In this document: positions 12,096 to 27,384 of the stretch, one piece after another
Layout: each line of letters begins with the position of its first letter
Numbering within the stretch: the first letter of the stretch is position 1
Source of the DNA: Octopus vulgaris
Lineage: Eukaryota
Length of the DNA stretch: 64,000 bases
Direction of reading: 5' to 3'
Assembly: GCA_951406725.2 (NCBI GenBank)
Contig: OX597824.1
Location: 73,532,001-73,596,000 of the forward strand
Notes under the pieces: model-generated
What the model saw: the letters and a program-made list of their open reading frames with translations, nothing else
Databases searched by the model: none
What the model was told of the DNA's origin: nothing
Program-made: the position numbers and the translations under genes

Positions 12096-13773
12096 ATATA
12101 TATATTTTGGTGTTAACCAACTGTAATCTCAAGGTTTATAATCTACATCATAACAAGCAAGTAATACGAACGCTTTTGTAATGAGTCTTCTCAAACGAAT
12201 TGATATTAAGAGTTAATATTACTGCCTTGAGAAAATCTGTCAGCAAACAGTCTATGAAATGAAATGGTGATTGTGGCAGTAACTGGAAGCTAAATGAGAA
12301 TATGCTTCTCTACTGTTGCCATATTGGTAGTTGTTCATTGCACCACCTCAGAAACAAATGGTGCTTTAATAAATGATCGCCCCCTTCTTTTTTTTTCTTA
12401 CTTACAATAAACATTGCAATTATTCATTCATTCATTTATTCACTTTCTCTCTGTGTCTGTCTCTCATTTTGTCTTTTAGTTCCTGCTCTCAATCTTCATT
12501 TGCTCCCTCTTACTATGTCTGTTTCTCATTCTCAGTCTGTCACTTTTTCTCTCACTCGCCCACTTACTCTCAATGCTAGGAATTTTGGTTTCAAATTTTG
12601 GCACAAGGCTGGCAATTTTTGGGGAGGGAAAAAGTTGATTATATCAACCCTATTGCAGAACTTTTATTTCATTGACCGTGAAAGGTTGAAAGATAAAATC
12701 ATCCTTAACAGAATTTGAACTTAGAATGCTGCTAACCCTGGTGTAAGGGCCAGCCTTGTCACATACTGTGTAACACTAAATCTCCCCGAGAACTACATTA
12801 AGGGTACATGTGTCTGTGGAGTGCTCAGCCACTTGCATGTTAATAAATGAGCTGCAACGTCACTGGTGCCAAGCTCTATCAGCCTTTGCCTTTCCTTTGG
12901 ATTACACTGGTGGCATGGAGAGGGGAGGCTGGTATGCATGGGTGACTGCTGGTCTTCCATAAACAACCTTGCCCAGACTTGTGCCTCGGAGGGTAACTTT
13001 CTAGGTGCAATCCCATGGTCATTCATGACCGAAGGGGGTCACAGCAGCAACAGCTAAGGATTCTGCCAGCTCCTTGTCTTGAATGCTAGGAATATTATTG
13101 TGGGAGTACATCTGAAATGAGATAATTTGGAGAATGGAGCTGAGTGAATGACATGATTGCAGAATATTGAAAGTACACGTTCTGTGGGGTTGGACATATT
13201 GCAAGATGAGCTTGTGCAGTTGCTGGGTGGTATCCAAGAGATCAGAAAAGGCCACTTGGAAGGCCTCCACAATGATGGGAAGATTTAGTTAAACATCTGC
13301 TTCAAACTTTTAATTCAAGTGTTGCTTAGTTGCATTAGTGAATCTATTTGAAACTCCCACCTAAATTCTCTTTGCACTTTGCGTTTTCAAACTTCCTGTA
13401 GCCCTTTGGGGTTAATTTCCTTTCTTCAATACTTAGTCTGACTTCCTTCATTAATTGTAATGGGTTAAATCTAAAAAGATAAGAAAATTGAGTTACCAGC
13501 TGTTAAAATGTGTACACATTTTTGGAGACACTCTGTAGATATATATAAAATATAATATTTAAAAATATTTATTTACATAACTCTTGTATACATGTTTCCA
13601 TAACAGATTTACAAAATAAATATCTTCCATTTTATCAGTAATTGAAATCTAAATAAATATTTAAAGTGAAGAAAATTATGGTTAATTGCTTGAATATTTA
13701 AGCATTTTGATGCATATTCAATTGAAAGTTAAGGTAAATAAATATATATATATATGTATATTTATACACACAC

Positions 13774-13820
<47 letters not shown>

Positions 13821-13830
13821 CACACACACA

Positions 13831-13905
<75 letters not shown>

Positions 13906-15344
13906 CCCCACACATGTACATATGTATATATATACATATACATGCTCCAGCATGGCCACAGTCAGATGACTAAAACAAGTAAAAGAGTAAAAGAATATAT
14001 TATCATCATCGTTTAACGTCCACTTTCCATGCTGGCATGGGTTGGATAGTTTGACTGAGGACTGGTGAGCCAGAGGCTGCGCCAGGTCTGTTCTGGCAAA
14101 GTCTCTACAGTTGGATGCCCTTCCTAACGCCAACCACTCCGAGAGTGTAATGGGTGCTTTATACATGCCACTGACACGAGGGCCAGTCAGGTGGTTCTGG
14201 CAACGACCACGTTCAAAAGATGTTTTTATGTGCTACCTGCACGGGAACCAGTCTGGCGGCACTGGCAACGACCATGCTATGCATATATGTACATATCTAC
14301 ATATATATGTATATATACATGCATATATGGGAACAGGACATTAAAAAAACCGCCAACAAAATGAATAACGAGAGCATAAAAAACAAAAGCATGGAAAGCG
14401 AACGTTTTTTTTCAAACAATGAAAGAAACAAACAAAGAAATGAGACAAGCAACATAAAGAACATTCCCTTCATCAGTTGTCCCCTGTTTTATCTACTCCG
14501 CATTTCGAAGGTAGGGACATGAAATGACTTCATTAAAACAGTCCTTCCTGGAAAGCAAATTAAATAAAATTTGGGATTTTTTGCAGAGGGTTAAAGTGTT
14601 AACAAAATCAGGACACTAAAAACACAAGTAAAAGTAAGAACAAAACAGTAAAAGCCAAGACGACATGAAGTGGTGAACGCTAGAAAAACAAACTTTGAGA
14701 AGAGACAGGCAAAAGCACGTATATATATATATATGCATACACACACACACATATATACATATACAAACATATATATGTGTATATATACATACACATATAT
14801 ATAAATATCTATACATACACACTCACAAACACATTCACACTCACACACACACACATACACACACACACACTCAAAACAAAAATTAAACATGGATGGCAAG
14901 GAACATACACAGGATGCAGAAAAACACATAGTAATCTCCTCTGGTCAGCTGTTTGCTGAAGGTCATAGCAACTTTGACCCACTTCATTTAATAGTAGTAG
15001 GTCAGCTGATCCAGCAAAAAAGGATACAGAATAGTTATCGCTTTCCAGTGAAGACAAACGGAACCAGAAACTGAGTGACATATATATGTTTTATGAAAAT
15101 GTCAAGTTCCACAAAAGACGTTTTTTTGTTTGTTTGTTTTGGTTTGAAAAAATACCTTGAATTGGACTCATTCTTTTATAAATGTGTTCACATTCAATTT
15201 TAATACAATGAGTAATTCTATGTGGCTTTACTATGTTCCTATAAACCAGTGCTCTGCAACTGCTATGCCACAGTACACTGGTATGCCATGAGACAATGCT
15301 AGGTGTGCTGCAGTGTAACCTGAATATAATTCTTTTTCTCCATA

Positions 15345-15758
15345 GTTTTACTCTTACTATTTTACTTGTTTCAGTCATTTGACTGCGACCATGCTGGAGC
15401 ACCGCCTTTAGTCAAGCAAATCGACCCCCAGGACTTATTCTTTGTAAGCCGAGTACTTATTCTATCGGTCTCTTTTGCTGAACCGCTAAGTTACAAGGAC
15501 ATAAACACACCAACATCGGTTGTCAAGCTATGTTTGAGGGGACGAACACAGACACACAAACATATACACAAACATACATATATATACATATATACGACGG
15601 GCTTCTTTCAGTTTCCATCTACCAAATTCACTCACAAGGCTTCGGTCGGCCTGAGGCTATAGTAGAAGACACTTGCCCAAGATGCCACACAGTGGGACTG
15701 AACCCGGAACCATGAGGTTGGTAAGCAAGCTACCTACCACACAGCCACTCCTGCACCT
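15345..15758 (-). mobile_element. SINE family A, full length (further copies 15971-16135 +, 17833-18234 -, 22217-22380 -, 47948-48352 -, 53026-53428 -, 56878-57292 +; older copies near 11170, 26940, 38200, 53680, 57851)
   Basis: Same head, core and tail as 10151-10539. Confidence 0.9.
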
Positions 15759-17114
15759 ATGTTTTAGTTATATTTTTAGTTCAGGTGTGCTGCTGAATTA
15801 TGAAAAGAATATAAGTGTACTGCAAGTGAAAAAAGGTTGCAGAGCACTGCTCTAAACCCAAGCTTCTCAACGTGGGCAGTGCCGCAGGGCATGTCAGAGG
15901 GGGTGATGGGTTTTAGGGGGCAGTGATGTAGGGTCAATAAGGTAATATAATTAACATGCTAAATTTTACATAGGAGTGGCTGTGTGGTAAATAGCTTGCT
16001 TAGGAACCACATGGTTCCAGGTTCACTCTCACTGCATGGCACCTTGGGCAAGTGTCTTCTACTATAGCCTAGGGCTGACCAAAGCAAAGCCTTGTGACTG
16101 GATTTGGTAGACAGAAACTGAAAGAAGCCCGTCGTCTGTCTCTCTATGTCTCTCTCTTGCTCTCTCTTGTTATGTCTCTATTGCTCCCTCTCTTTCTCTC
16201 ATGCTCTCTGTTTCTCTCTTGCTCTCTCTCTCTTGTTATGTCTTTATTGCTCCCTCTCTTTTTGTCTTGCTCTTTCTCTCTCTCTCCCCTCTCTCTCTCT
16301 CTCCCTTCTCTCTCTCCCCTCTCTCTCTCCTTCTCTGCTCTCTCTTTCTCCGAGCTCTCTTTCTCTCTTGCTCTCTCTTTATTGCTCTCTCTCTCTCTCT
16401 CTCTTTATTGCTCTCTCTCTCTTTTCCTATCTTTCTATCTCTTGTTATCTCTCTTTTGTGAAATTTTCTCTTGTTCTCACTTCCCCTCCCTCTAACTCTC
16501 TCCTCATCCTCTCTCTCTCTTGTTATCTGTCAGTCTCCATCAATCTTGCAAAGCCTCATTAACACCAAGGAGTTAATAATTTAATTGTCTGTCCAGGATT
16601 GTGGCCATGCTGGGGCACCGGCTTCAAAGGCTATTTGATCAAATGAATACCAGTACTTGCAAACGTATACTTATTTCATTGATTTCAATAGGATGAAAGA
16701 AAACACTAACTTGTGTGTGATTTGAACTGAGAACATAAATTTCCACAGCTCAATACCACATCAAAAGAATATGTACTCCCACACTTTATTGATTTTTGAC
16801 AAACATTTTTGAATGCCACTGTTACAGTATTGAAACTTTTCAAAAATCCAATAATTATTCAGTTATTGATGGCTTTGACAGATATATTGCCGATAAAATA
16901 ATTTCGTAAATTAACCTAAAGGTCAAATTGACTTCAATGACTAATATTAATTTCATTGTTAAATATTTATTCAGTGAAATTAGAATGTAATTATATTATA
17001 ATGTGTCTTATATATAGACATACACATGCATACACACGTCTATAGCTGTGTGGTAAGAATCTTGGTTCCCAAGCATATGGTTTTGAGTTCAATCCCACTG
17101 CATGGCACCTTGGG

Positions 17115-17154
<40 letters not shown>

Positions 17155-17799
17155 TCATCATCATCATTATCATCGTTTAATGTCCGCTTTCCATGCGGGC
17201 CTGGCAAGCCCGAAGGCTGCACCAGGCCAGTCAGATCTGGCAGTGTTTCTACAGCTGGATGCCCTTCCTAACGCCAACCACTCCGAGAGTGTAGTGGGTG
17301 ATTTTATGTGCCACCGACACAGGTGCCAGACGAGGCTGGCAGACGGCCACGCTCGGATGGTGTTTTTTATGTGCCACCGACACAGGTGCCAGACGAGGCT
17401 GGCTGACGGCCACGCTCGGATGGTGTTTTCTTATGTGTCACCGACACAGGTGCCAGACGAGGCTGGCGGATGGCCATATATATATATATATATAAAATAT
17501 ATATATCACCGACCAGGCTATCAGATGTTGCTACACATCACTGGTCACAATGCGTTTCGCATTGTTTTAGCCGTCAAATGACCCCACCCCGCTGGCTAAG
17601 TGAGCAGGCCAACAGCAGAAAGAGTGAGAGAAAGTTGTGGTGAAAGAGTACAGCAGGGACCCCCATCACCCCCTCTCGGAGCCTCGTGGAGCTTTAGGTG
17701 TTTTTGCTCAATAAACGCTCACAACGCCCGGTCTAGGAATCAAAACCGCGATCCTACAACTGCGAGTCCGCTGCCCTAACCACTGGGCCATTGCGCCTC

Positions 17800-17834
<35 letters not shown>

Positions 17835-18254
17835 TTTTCTCTTTTTCTTGTTTCAGTCATTTGACTGCGGCCATGTTGGAGCACCGCCTTTAGTCGAGCA
17901 ACTCAACCCCGGGACTTATTCTTTGTAAGCCCAGTACTTATTCTATCGGTCTCTTTTGCTGAACCACTAGGTGATAGGGACATAAACACACCACCATCGA
18001 TTGTCAAGAAATGCTAGGGGGACAAACACAGACATACAAACACACACGCACACATATATATACATATATACGATGGGCTTCTTTCAGTTTCTGTCTACCA
18101 AATCCACTCACAAGGCTTTGGTCAGCCCGATGCTATAGTAGAAGACACTTGTCCAAGGTGCCACGCAGTGGGACTGAACCCGGAACCATGTGGTTGGTAA
18201 GCAAGCTATTTACCACACAGCCACTCCTGCGCCTATATATATACGTGTATATAT

Positions 18255-18635
18255 ATATATATATAAACATGAGAATGTCTGTCAGTGTGTGTGTGTATCC
18301 TAAAAATTCATGAACTACACAACTGAATTAATTGAAGGTTTACGCATGCCTTACTTAGGGTCCTGGTAGTGTCATGGGCCAAAAAGATTTTCAACTTCAT
18401 GCGTAATGCGAGCTATTTCAATATTACGTGTCAAAAGTGAAACAATAACATCTCTGTATAGTAATGTCAGATACTTTCACTTTAATAATTTCACTTTTAA
18501 TACTGAAACTATTATCTCACATATATACAGGCATGCATATATATACATGTATGCATACATACATACATATATATATATGTGTGTATATGCTTTATATATA
18601 TATATGTATATACATTATATATATATATGTATATA

Positions 18636-18688
<53 letters not shown>

Positions 18689-19543
18689 GTTAATCCAAAC
18701 ATGAAAACAAAGAGAAAACACAACAACACGAGGACGTGGAACAAGTATAGTATTATTGGATGCTAAGGAAAGAAGGAGGCTTCAACGTTTTGAGAGGAGC
18801 TCTTCGTCAGAAACATAGGAAAAGGAAAGATCCAAAGAAGGGAAGACGGCGGAAAAAAATCGCGAACGGTACACACGCGGTCACATTTTGAATGACCGGA
18901 AGGGAATGGGTGAAGAAAAGTTCTTTCAAAGACAGGAGAGTGCAAGAGGAGGTATGTGTGTGTAAGTGTGGATATCTGCGTGTGTGTGCAATGATAATGC
19001 GCGTACGTGTGTATGTGTGTGTGTGTGGTTGTGGCTGTTAATCTGTGTGTGGTAGGGCTTAGTATTTTTTAAGGTCAAGGAAGAAGGAATTAGGAGTGGC
19101 TCTTGTGTCTTATCTACCCATGTGGAAGAATGGTCAGTGAACGTTACTGGTAGTTTGAAGTATGTGTGTTTGTGCGTGTATGTATATGTATTGTGTGTGT
19201 GTGTATGTATGTGTGTGTTCGTATGTGTATGCGTAAAGTTTGTGTGTGTGGCGAATAACTGTGTATGTGTACGTGTGTGCTTGTATGTGCATATGTGTGT
19301 ATACATGTATGTATAATTGTGTGTGTGTATGTATGAGTGTGTGCTGTGTGTATGGGATGTATGTGTGGGTTCATTTGTGTGTGTGTGTGCGTGCGTATCG
19401 TATGTGCGTGTGTATGTGTGTGTGTATGCGTAATGTGCGTGCGAGTGCTTGTGTGCATGTGTGCTTACGTGCATGTGTGTTTATGCCCACGTGTGTATAA
19501 TTGTGTTGGAGGTATATGTGAGAATCTGTGCTGGTATATATAC

Positions 19544-19588
<45 letters not shown>

Positions 19589-19623
19589 CTTATACTGTGT
19601 ATATATATATATATACCTTATAC

Positions 19624-19669
<46 letters not shown>

Positions 19670-19680
19670 ATATATATATA

Positions 19681-19711
<31 letters not shown>

Positions 19712-19824
19712 ACAATAACATCTCTGTATTGTAATGTCAGATACTTTCACTTTAATACTTTCACTATTAATACTGAAACTATTATCTCACATATATACAG
19801 GCATGCATATATATACATGTATGC

Positions 19825-19863
<39 letters not shown>

Positions 19864-19955
19864 AACAATAACATCTCTATATTATAATGTCAGATACTTT
19901 CACTTCAATACTTTCACTATTAATTCTGAAACTATTAAGTGAAGCTAAAATCTCA
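18255..19955 (+). mobile_element. Possible Helitron-like remnant with an ~80-bp block repeated three times and nested insertions
   Basis: TATATAAACATGAGAATGTCTGTC..GTGTG start; block AACAATAACATCTCT.TA..TAATGTCAGATACTTTCACTT near 18440, 19711 and 19864. Confidence 0.45.
18689..18910 (-). mobile_element. Short hammerhead-bearing element, family H1 (copies 30953-31150 -, 60871-61070 -, 61696-61890 +)
   Basis: Four ~200-bp copies abutting (TA)n, each with GTTT-C(T/C)GAYGA-AGAGYTCYNCTC-RAAA-YG-TT-RAA. Confidence 0.8.
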
Positions 19956-20029
19956 CATATATATATTTATACTATATATACTATATGCATGTTTATACTA
20001 TATATATATATAATCATTACAGATTTTTT

Positions 20030-20860
20030 CTTCGTTTAACGTCCGTTCTCCAGGCTAGCATGGGTTGGACGGTTCGACCAGGGATCTGGGAAGCCAGAAG
20101 TCTGCACCAGGCTCCGGTCTTATTTGGCAATGTTTCTACAGCTGGATGCCCTTCCTAACGCCAACCACTCCGTGAGTGTAGTGGGTGCTTTTTACGTGCC
20201 ACCTGCACTGGTGCCAGGCGGGGCTGGCATCGGCCTCAGTCGGATTGGTGCATTTTACGTGCCACCTGCACGGAAGCCAGTCGAGGCGGCACTGGCTTCG
20301 GCCACGATTCGGATGGTGCTTTTTACGTGCCACCAACACGGAAGCCAGTCGAGGCGGCACTGGCATCGGCCACGATTTGGATAGTGATTTTTACGTATCT
20401 CCAGTCCAGTAGTCCTGATATCTGCCGGGTGCCAGTCATAGGATTGGTTCAATTTCGATTCCGATTTCACTTGCCCCAACAGGTCTTTGCAAGCAAAGGG
20501 GGGTTGGCATAGGTGCCTGTCGTCGGATGAGGTTCGATATCGACTTCGCTTGCCTCAACAGGTCTTTGTGTGTCCAAGGGAGGAAAGGCATGCATAAGTG
20601 GGCTGGACTCACTTGTCCTGCCTGGTCTTTTCACGCACAGCATATTTCCAAAGGTCTCGGTCGCTGGTCATTTCCTCAGTGAGACCTAAAGTTCGAAGGT
20701 CGTGCTTCACCACCTCGTCCCAAGTTTTCCTGGGTCTACCTCTTCCACGGGTTCCCTCCACTGCTAGGGATTGGCACTTTTTCACACACCTATCTTCATC
20801 CATTCTCGCCACATGACCATACCAGCACAATCGTCTCTCTTGCACACCACAACTGATGCT
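20030..20860 (-). mobile_element. RTE LINE 3' fragment
   Basis: QERRLCWYGHVARMDEDR..GRGRPRKTW plus the same 3' UTR. Confidence 0.92.
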
Positions 20861-21266
20861 ATAGGGTAAAAAATTATTAATTTAATAAATTAACAAATTG
20901 TACCAAGTAGTTTTCGGTATGGAAAAGTACTATATTCAATAAAAACTTAAACAAAAAGTTTATTTTATATATAATTATAACAACAATTAAGTGTTTAGCA
21001 ACAAGTTGCTACACCACATACCAAAAATTTTAGAAATAGCAGCCAAAAGACTGTTATTTCTTTTTTCTACAATATATGTCTCCACAGATAACAATATTTG
21101 TAACTCACATATGCAAAAAGAAGAAAAATAATGAAATCAAAACAGTCTTTAATTAATTATGGATGCATTTCTGGATTAGAATTATAAAAATTCATTTCCG
21201 TCATCAACATAATATTTCAAGAATTATAAATTTTAAAATGCTAGGAAAATATATTTTTACTATATA

Positions 21267-21651
21267 CTAGCAGTATCGCCCGGCGTTGCTCAGGTTTGTA
21301 AGGGAAATAACTATAAAGCATTTTTAGAGAGTTATAGTCAAAAAATAGCAAAAAAATGGAAAAAAATTATGGTAAATTTTTTTTGAGAGTAAAAAAAGGT
21401 GGAGTTGCGTCCTCTAGACAGTTTGCGGTTTGTGTTTCTGATTCTCGACCCCATGTCGAATTTATCGATTTTTTTCAGAACTGGGGGGAACTTTTCAAAA
21501 TTTTCGCTGCGTTAGTTTTGAATTATGACATTGGGCTATGTGTGTGTCAAGTTTCATCAGAATCGGTTGAAAGCCGTGGTCAGGGTGAGGGTACAAGCAA
21601 ACAGACACACAGAAACACGCACAGACAAACTGCCGTTTATATATAGAGAGA
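21267..21651 (-). mobile_element. Non-autonomous Helitron
   Basis: Minus strand A|TCTCTCTATATATAAACGGCAG...CCTGAGCAACGCCGGG (hairpin) CGATACTGCTAG|T: 5' TC, subterminal hairpin, 3' CTAG, A|T target site. Confidence 0.85.
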
Positions 21652-21790
21652 TATATATATACTATATACATATTTATACTATATATATATATATATAGTG
21701 TATATATATATATATATAGTATATATATATATAGTATATATGTATATATATATAGTATAAATATATATATAGTATATGTATATTGTATAA

Positions 21791-21834
<44 letters not shown>

Positions 21835-22167
21835 TTATACAATATACATATACTATATATATATATACATATTTATACAATATATATACTATATATATAT
21901 ATACATATTTATACAATATACATATACTATATATATATATACTATATATATATATATACACTGTATATATATACTATATATATAGTTGATTTTAAGAAAC
22001 ACCCCTCCTAATAGGGGCCTTAACTCCAACATTTTAGAGCTCCATGAGCTCCATTTTTCAGGAGCGAAAGCCTTTCAATAGGTTTCATAAGATTTCAGTT
22101 TGGGAATCTGACCATAACGATGAGTATATACCATATGTATATATATTCTATATATACTGTATATATA

Positions 22168-22217
<50 letters not shown>

Positions 22218-22394
22218 GACGCACTTCTTTCAGTCTCCATCTACCAAATCCACTCACAAGGCTTTGGTCAGCCCGAGGCTATAGTAGAAGACACTTGCCC
22301 AAGGTGCAACGTAGTGGAACTGAACTTGGAACCATGTGGTTGGTAAGTAAGCTACTTACCACACAGACCCTCCTGCACCTATATATATATATAC

Positions 22395-22444
<50 letters not shown>

Positions 22445-24325
22445 AAAAAGCACCCACTACACTCTCAGAGTGGTTGGCGTTAGGAAGGGCATCCAGCTGT
22501 AGAAACTCTGCAAGATCAAGATTGGAGCCCGTTGCAGCCACCTGGTTCACCAGCCCTCAGTCAAAATCGTCCAACCGATGATAGCATGGAAAGCGGGCGT
22601 TAAACGATGGTGATGATGATGATGATGATGATTACACACACACACACATTCATAAACATATATGTATATATTTTTCGGAGAGATTCTGCATAATTTCCAT
22701 CAGCAAAGTTCCACTCACAAGGTGTTGGTGTATGTGTGTATATGGTAGAAAATACATGTGCATGGTGCCATGCAGTGGGTTTGAACCGTGAGACCCATAG
22801 TTGTGAAGTCCCCTTTTTAACTATGCTGCTATGCCTGCACTGATGAAGATAAAGAAACGTTTTAACATATATATAGAGAGAGTGGAGACTGAGAGGGGCG
22901 AGTGAAGGATTTAAACAAAATGATTGGTGGGAAGGAAATATAAACGTAAATATGATAAAGAAATACAGAAAATTAATGCTTTGAAAGAAAAAATAATAAA
23001 GAGCAGGATATAGCCACAACAACTACGAAATATAACAAATTGAATAAATAAACAAAGAAAAGCAAAAAAATAAAAAAAATACAGATAAAATAAGAAAAAA
23101 AATGTAAAAACCCAAACTCCTTTGTAATCAGTACTTAGCAAGGCTGAGGAAGACATTAGCAAACTTGTTAAGAGGCTGAAAAGGATTTAGCCAACACATC
23201 TGGTCTGAAATCAGTAACAGATGGCTTTATAATTGTAGCTTGAGTCTACAGTTTAGTAATAAACAACTGATGAATTTGCGTAACATATTAAAGCAAAGTG
23301 GGGGACAAGATGCTCCTTGTTGTATTTGGTTACCTCCCCTGTTCTTTTTTTTTTGTTTTGTTTTAAGATCAAATGGCTGAGCAATTTTCTTTCCACCTGA
23401 GTTTACAAAAACAAGTCATGTATAACAAGTGGGTAGGGGGAGCAGATCAATTTAATTGATAGACTCTGCCATGGCATTGTGTTTGAGGAGTTTGCTTCCC
23501 CTTCACATGATTTTGGGTTTACTCCCACTGTGTAGCACATATATACCTATTTCTTTACTACCCACAAGGGACTAAACACAGAGAGGGCAAACAAGGACAG
23601 ACAAACGGATTAAGTCGATTATATAGACCCCAGTGCGTAACTGGTACTTAATTTATCGACCCTGAAAGGATGAAAGGCAAAGTCGACCTCAGCGGAATTT
23701 GAACTCAGAACGTAACGGCAGACGAAATACTGCTAAGCATTTCGCCCAATGTGCTAACCTTTCTGCCATCTTGCCACCATCATCATCATCATCATTGTTT
23801 AACATCCATCTTCCATGCATGCATGGGTAGGACGGTTGACAGGAGCTGGCTAGGTAGAAAAATTACCCTATGCTACTCTGTGTTTTGGCAGGGTTTTTAC
23901 AGCTGGATGCCCTTCCTAACACCAACCACTCTGCAGAATGGGCTCAATGCTTTTTACGTGACACCAGCACAGGCGAGGTCAGTTTTGGCATGATTTTTAC
24001 AGCTTGATGCCCTTCCAAGTGCCAACCACTTTACAGTATGGACTGGATATTTTTAATGGCACTAGCACTGGCAGGATCACCAAGTAACTTGCAAACAAGG
24101 AATTATGAGAGGGGCAGGGGTAGTGGAGAAGGGGAATTCGTGTCAGAGGTTGAAAAGTTAGAGTGGGGGACAAAGAGACAAAGAGGCAGAAACAGGTATC
24201 TTGCTATAGTGGAGGGGTCATTGGAGGAAGTGATCCAGTATCAGATGATGAATAATAAGAGTGTGACAGAGAAACAGGTAGGCAGATATAGGTGTCTTGC
24301 TATAGAGGAGGTACATGGTTACCTA

Positions 24326-24373
<48 letters not shown>

Positions 24374-25228
24374 TATAATCATCATCATCATCATCATCAT
24401 TTAACGTCCATTTTCCACACTGGCATGGGTTGGACGGTTCGACCGGGGTCTGGAAGCCATGGAGGCTGTTCCAGGCTCCAGTCTGATTTGGCAGTGTTTC
24501 TACAGCTGGACGCCCCTCCTAACGCCAACCTCTCTCTCTATATATATATGTATAGTAAGAGGAGGGATATAATATCCAGGCAGATACCGAATTTCTCTGA
24601 GTAAAAAGCCAAAGCTGGTTCCTTCTGATGGTGCGTTTTTTGATAATTTTCCTTTAGCTCCCATCTGATGTCCCAGTTTGTTTCTTGGCTACTTAGTGTG
24701 TAAAGAACAAGATTAATAATAAGGAGAATGAAGAATTTGAACATTCAAATTTCATGTTTATTTCCAGTTAGTTTATTCATAACAATGGTCCGACACGTGT
24801 TTTGATCACACCAACTGCATATTGTTGCATATTCATATGCAGCTTTTTATGCATTATGAGTACAGTCCCTTCCAGGCAGATAAGCATGACATTGTTCAAA
24901 GAGAAATTTTCCTCTGCTATTAGTTTGAATTAGGCTTGGCAGTAGTAGAAAACCATAACTATGAAATGTTTTTCCCAACAGTTTGTTTGGTAAAAATTCC
25001 GTAGCAGTGGCAGCAAGTTAGCAAATGTTCTTGGCTAGGCAGGGAGTGGTTACTTATAGAATACTTATTTTTGATTGATTCTACATATTTTATAGTCACA
25101 AGGAATTTTGAAGCCTTTCAGAGTTGATTATATTATTTGAATTTATAATGGTTATTAATTGTAGTGGTGGAAATAAGCATAAAGTTTGACTGTTCAAATT
25201 CTTCATTGTCCTTATTATCAATATTGTG

Positions 25229-25271
<43 letters not shown>

Positions 25272-25396
25272 CCTTTCATCCTTTCGGGGTCGATAAATTA
25301 AGTACCAGTTAGGCACTGGGGTCGATGTAATCGACTTAATCCGTTTGTTTGTCCTTGTTTGTCCCCTCTGTGTTTAGCCCCTTGTGGGTAGTAAAG

Positions 25397-25451
<55 letters not shown>

Positions 25452-27384
25452 ACAGATACTGTGTAGCACCTGTTGTTATGTCCTGTTATTATTATTATTA
25501 TTATTGTTATTTTTATTGTATTTTTGTATTTATATTCGTGTAACATCGTCTGTTTTTCCGTCCTTGTTTTTGTATACATTCGATGCTTTTTCTCAAGGAA
25601 TCTTATGCTCTTAGCTTAGTTCTTTCCTTGAGGCTGGCCAGATTGGAGCAATCTCAAGATTAATCAGCCGAAATTGCGAGGATGATCCAGTTCTTGACTG
25701 AAGATAAAAGGCTTCGAATGACCCGTCCTTGTTTTTCTGTATCATCTATCTGGATGTTTTGTCGTCCCTTTTTGTGTCACCTAGTTGTCCGGATGTTTTG
25801 CATTCTTGTCCCATTTTGTATTTTATTTTATTTTATTTTATTTTATTGTATATATATAATTATATATAATTAAAAACAAATGATAGAGCCAGAAAATGGA
25901 ATATACAGGAAACTTTATTACTCACAATGATCATTTCAACACATCCTGCATCAATCCCTTGCAGGTGAGAAGCTATACAATTAGTGGTGCAGAAGAGTCT
26001 CATCAGGTGATAAGAGTTCATTTAATGAGATACCTCTTATTACATCACCTGACGAGATGCTTCTGCACTAAGGGATACACCACAACTAGCTGTAGAGTTT
26101 CCCCACCCACAAGGGGTCAATGCAGGATATATCAAAACAATTGTCATCAACCATAAAGTTTCCCATCTATTCCATTTTCTATTTCTATCATATGTTTTAT
26201 ATTCAATGTACACTGAGGTATTCCTAAAGTAGATCCAGCGACAATTGTGTGATAACTGTGGATAGCCATAAGGCGGCGAGCTGGCAGATTCATTAGCATG
26301 CTGGGCAAAAAGCTTAGTGGTATTTAGTTTGCCGCTATGTTCTGAGTTCAAATTTTGCCTACAAATAATCACCTACATTTTCTACCCTACAGAATATACA
26401 GTGTATGCATGTATTAGGAAGCAATAAGTATCTGGTTGAAAAGCCTAACGTAAGTGTGAGATTGTACATGTAAAATGTTCTAGGAAGTACTCTCTGAAAT
26501 TTGTTCAGTATTTAACCATGTCAGAATATACACAGATGCCTGAGCAAGTTGATAGATTTATGTACCAGTGGAAATGTTCAAATATTACCAATTGAAGACA
26601 ATTAGCAAGAGAGGGCACTACATATTTTTTTTTAGTGCCCTCAAGGGGCTAAACATAGAGGGGACAAACAAGGACAGACAAAGGGATTGAGTCGATTAGA
26701 TTGACCCCAGTGCGTAACTGGTGCTTAATTTATCAACCCCGAAAGGATGAAAGGCAAAGTCGACCTCGGCAGAATTTAATGAAAATGACCTGGTCACTGC
26801 TATCTGAGAGTGAGATAGCTGTACAAATCTTAAAAGAGAAACCAAATATAACTGCCTGGATATAGACCATTCCACTCTGGTGCATACTTACACATATGCA
26901 TGCATACGCACGCACACAAACACACATAAACACATACACCTTTCAGCTTCTGTCTACCTGAAATCCACTCACAAGGCTTTGGTTGGCTTGGGCTATAGCA
27001 AAAGACACTTAATCCAAGGTACCACAAAGGAACCAATCCCAGAATCATGTAATTGGAAAGCAAACTTCTTACCACACACATACGCACACACATTGTCAAG
27101 CATGAAAAATACCTGTCTTCCATGAAAATTACCTGTCTGGTTATGGGAAATATTACCTTGCTTGGAAACCTTGGTTGAGGGTTAGTGACAGCAAAGGCAT
27201 TCAGCTGTAGAGTATGCCTCAAAAAATTCTGTCTAATCCATGCAAGCATTGAAAAGTAGCTGTTAAAAGGTGAGGATGGTGGTGGTGGTGGTGGTGGTGA
27301 TGATGATGATGATGATGATTTATTAATTTCTATTCTCAAAGATAAATTTTCAATATTCTAAATTTTTCTTTTTTTCCATTCCAG

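Noticed and set aside
13050-13270. 83-aa minus-strand ORF in non-repetitive DNA
   Set aside because: No recognisable homology or clean splice sites.
22836-22866. CTGATGA-AGATAAA-GAAACGTT hammerhead-like string
   Set aside because: No stem II or stem I pairing and only one occurrence.
24580-24630. Possible 51-nt + strand exon (GRYRISLSKKPKLVPSD)
   Set aside because: No polypyrimidine tract, no PRKD similarity, and its phase is incompatible with the phase-0 acceptor at 27385.
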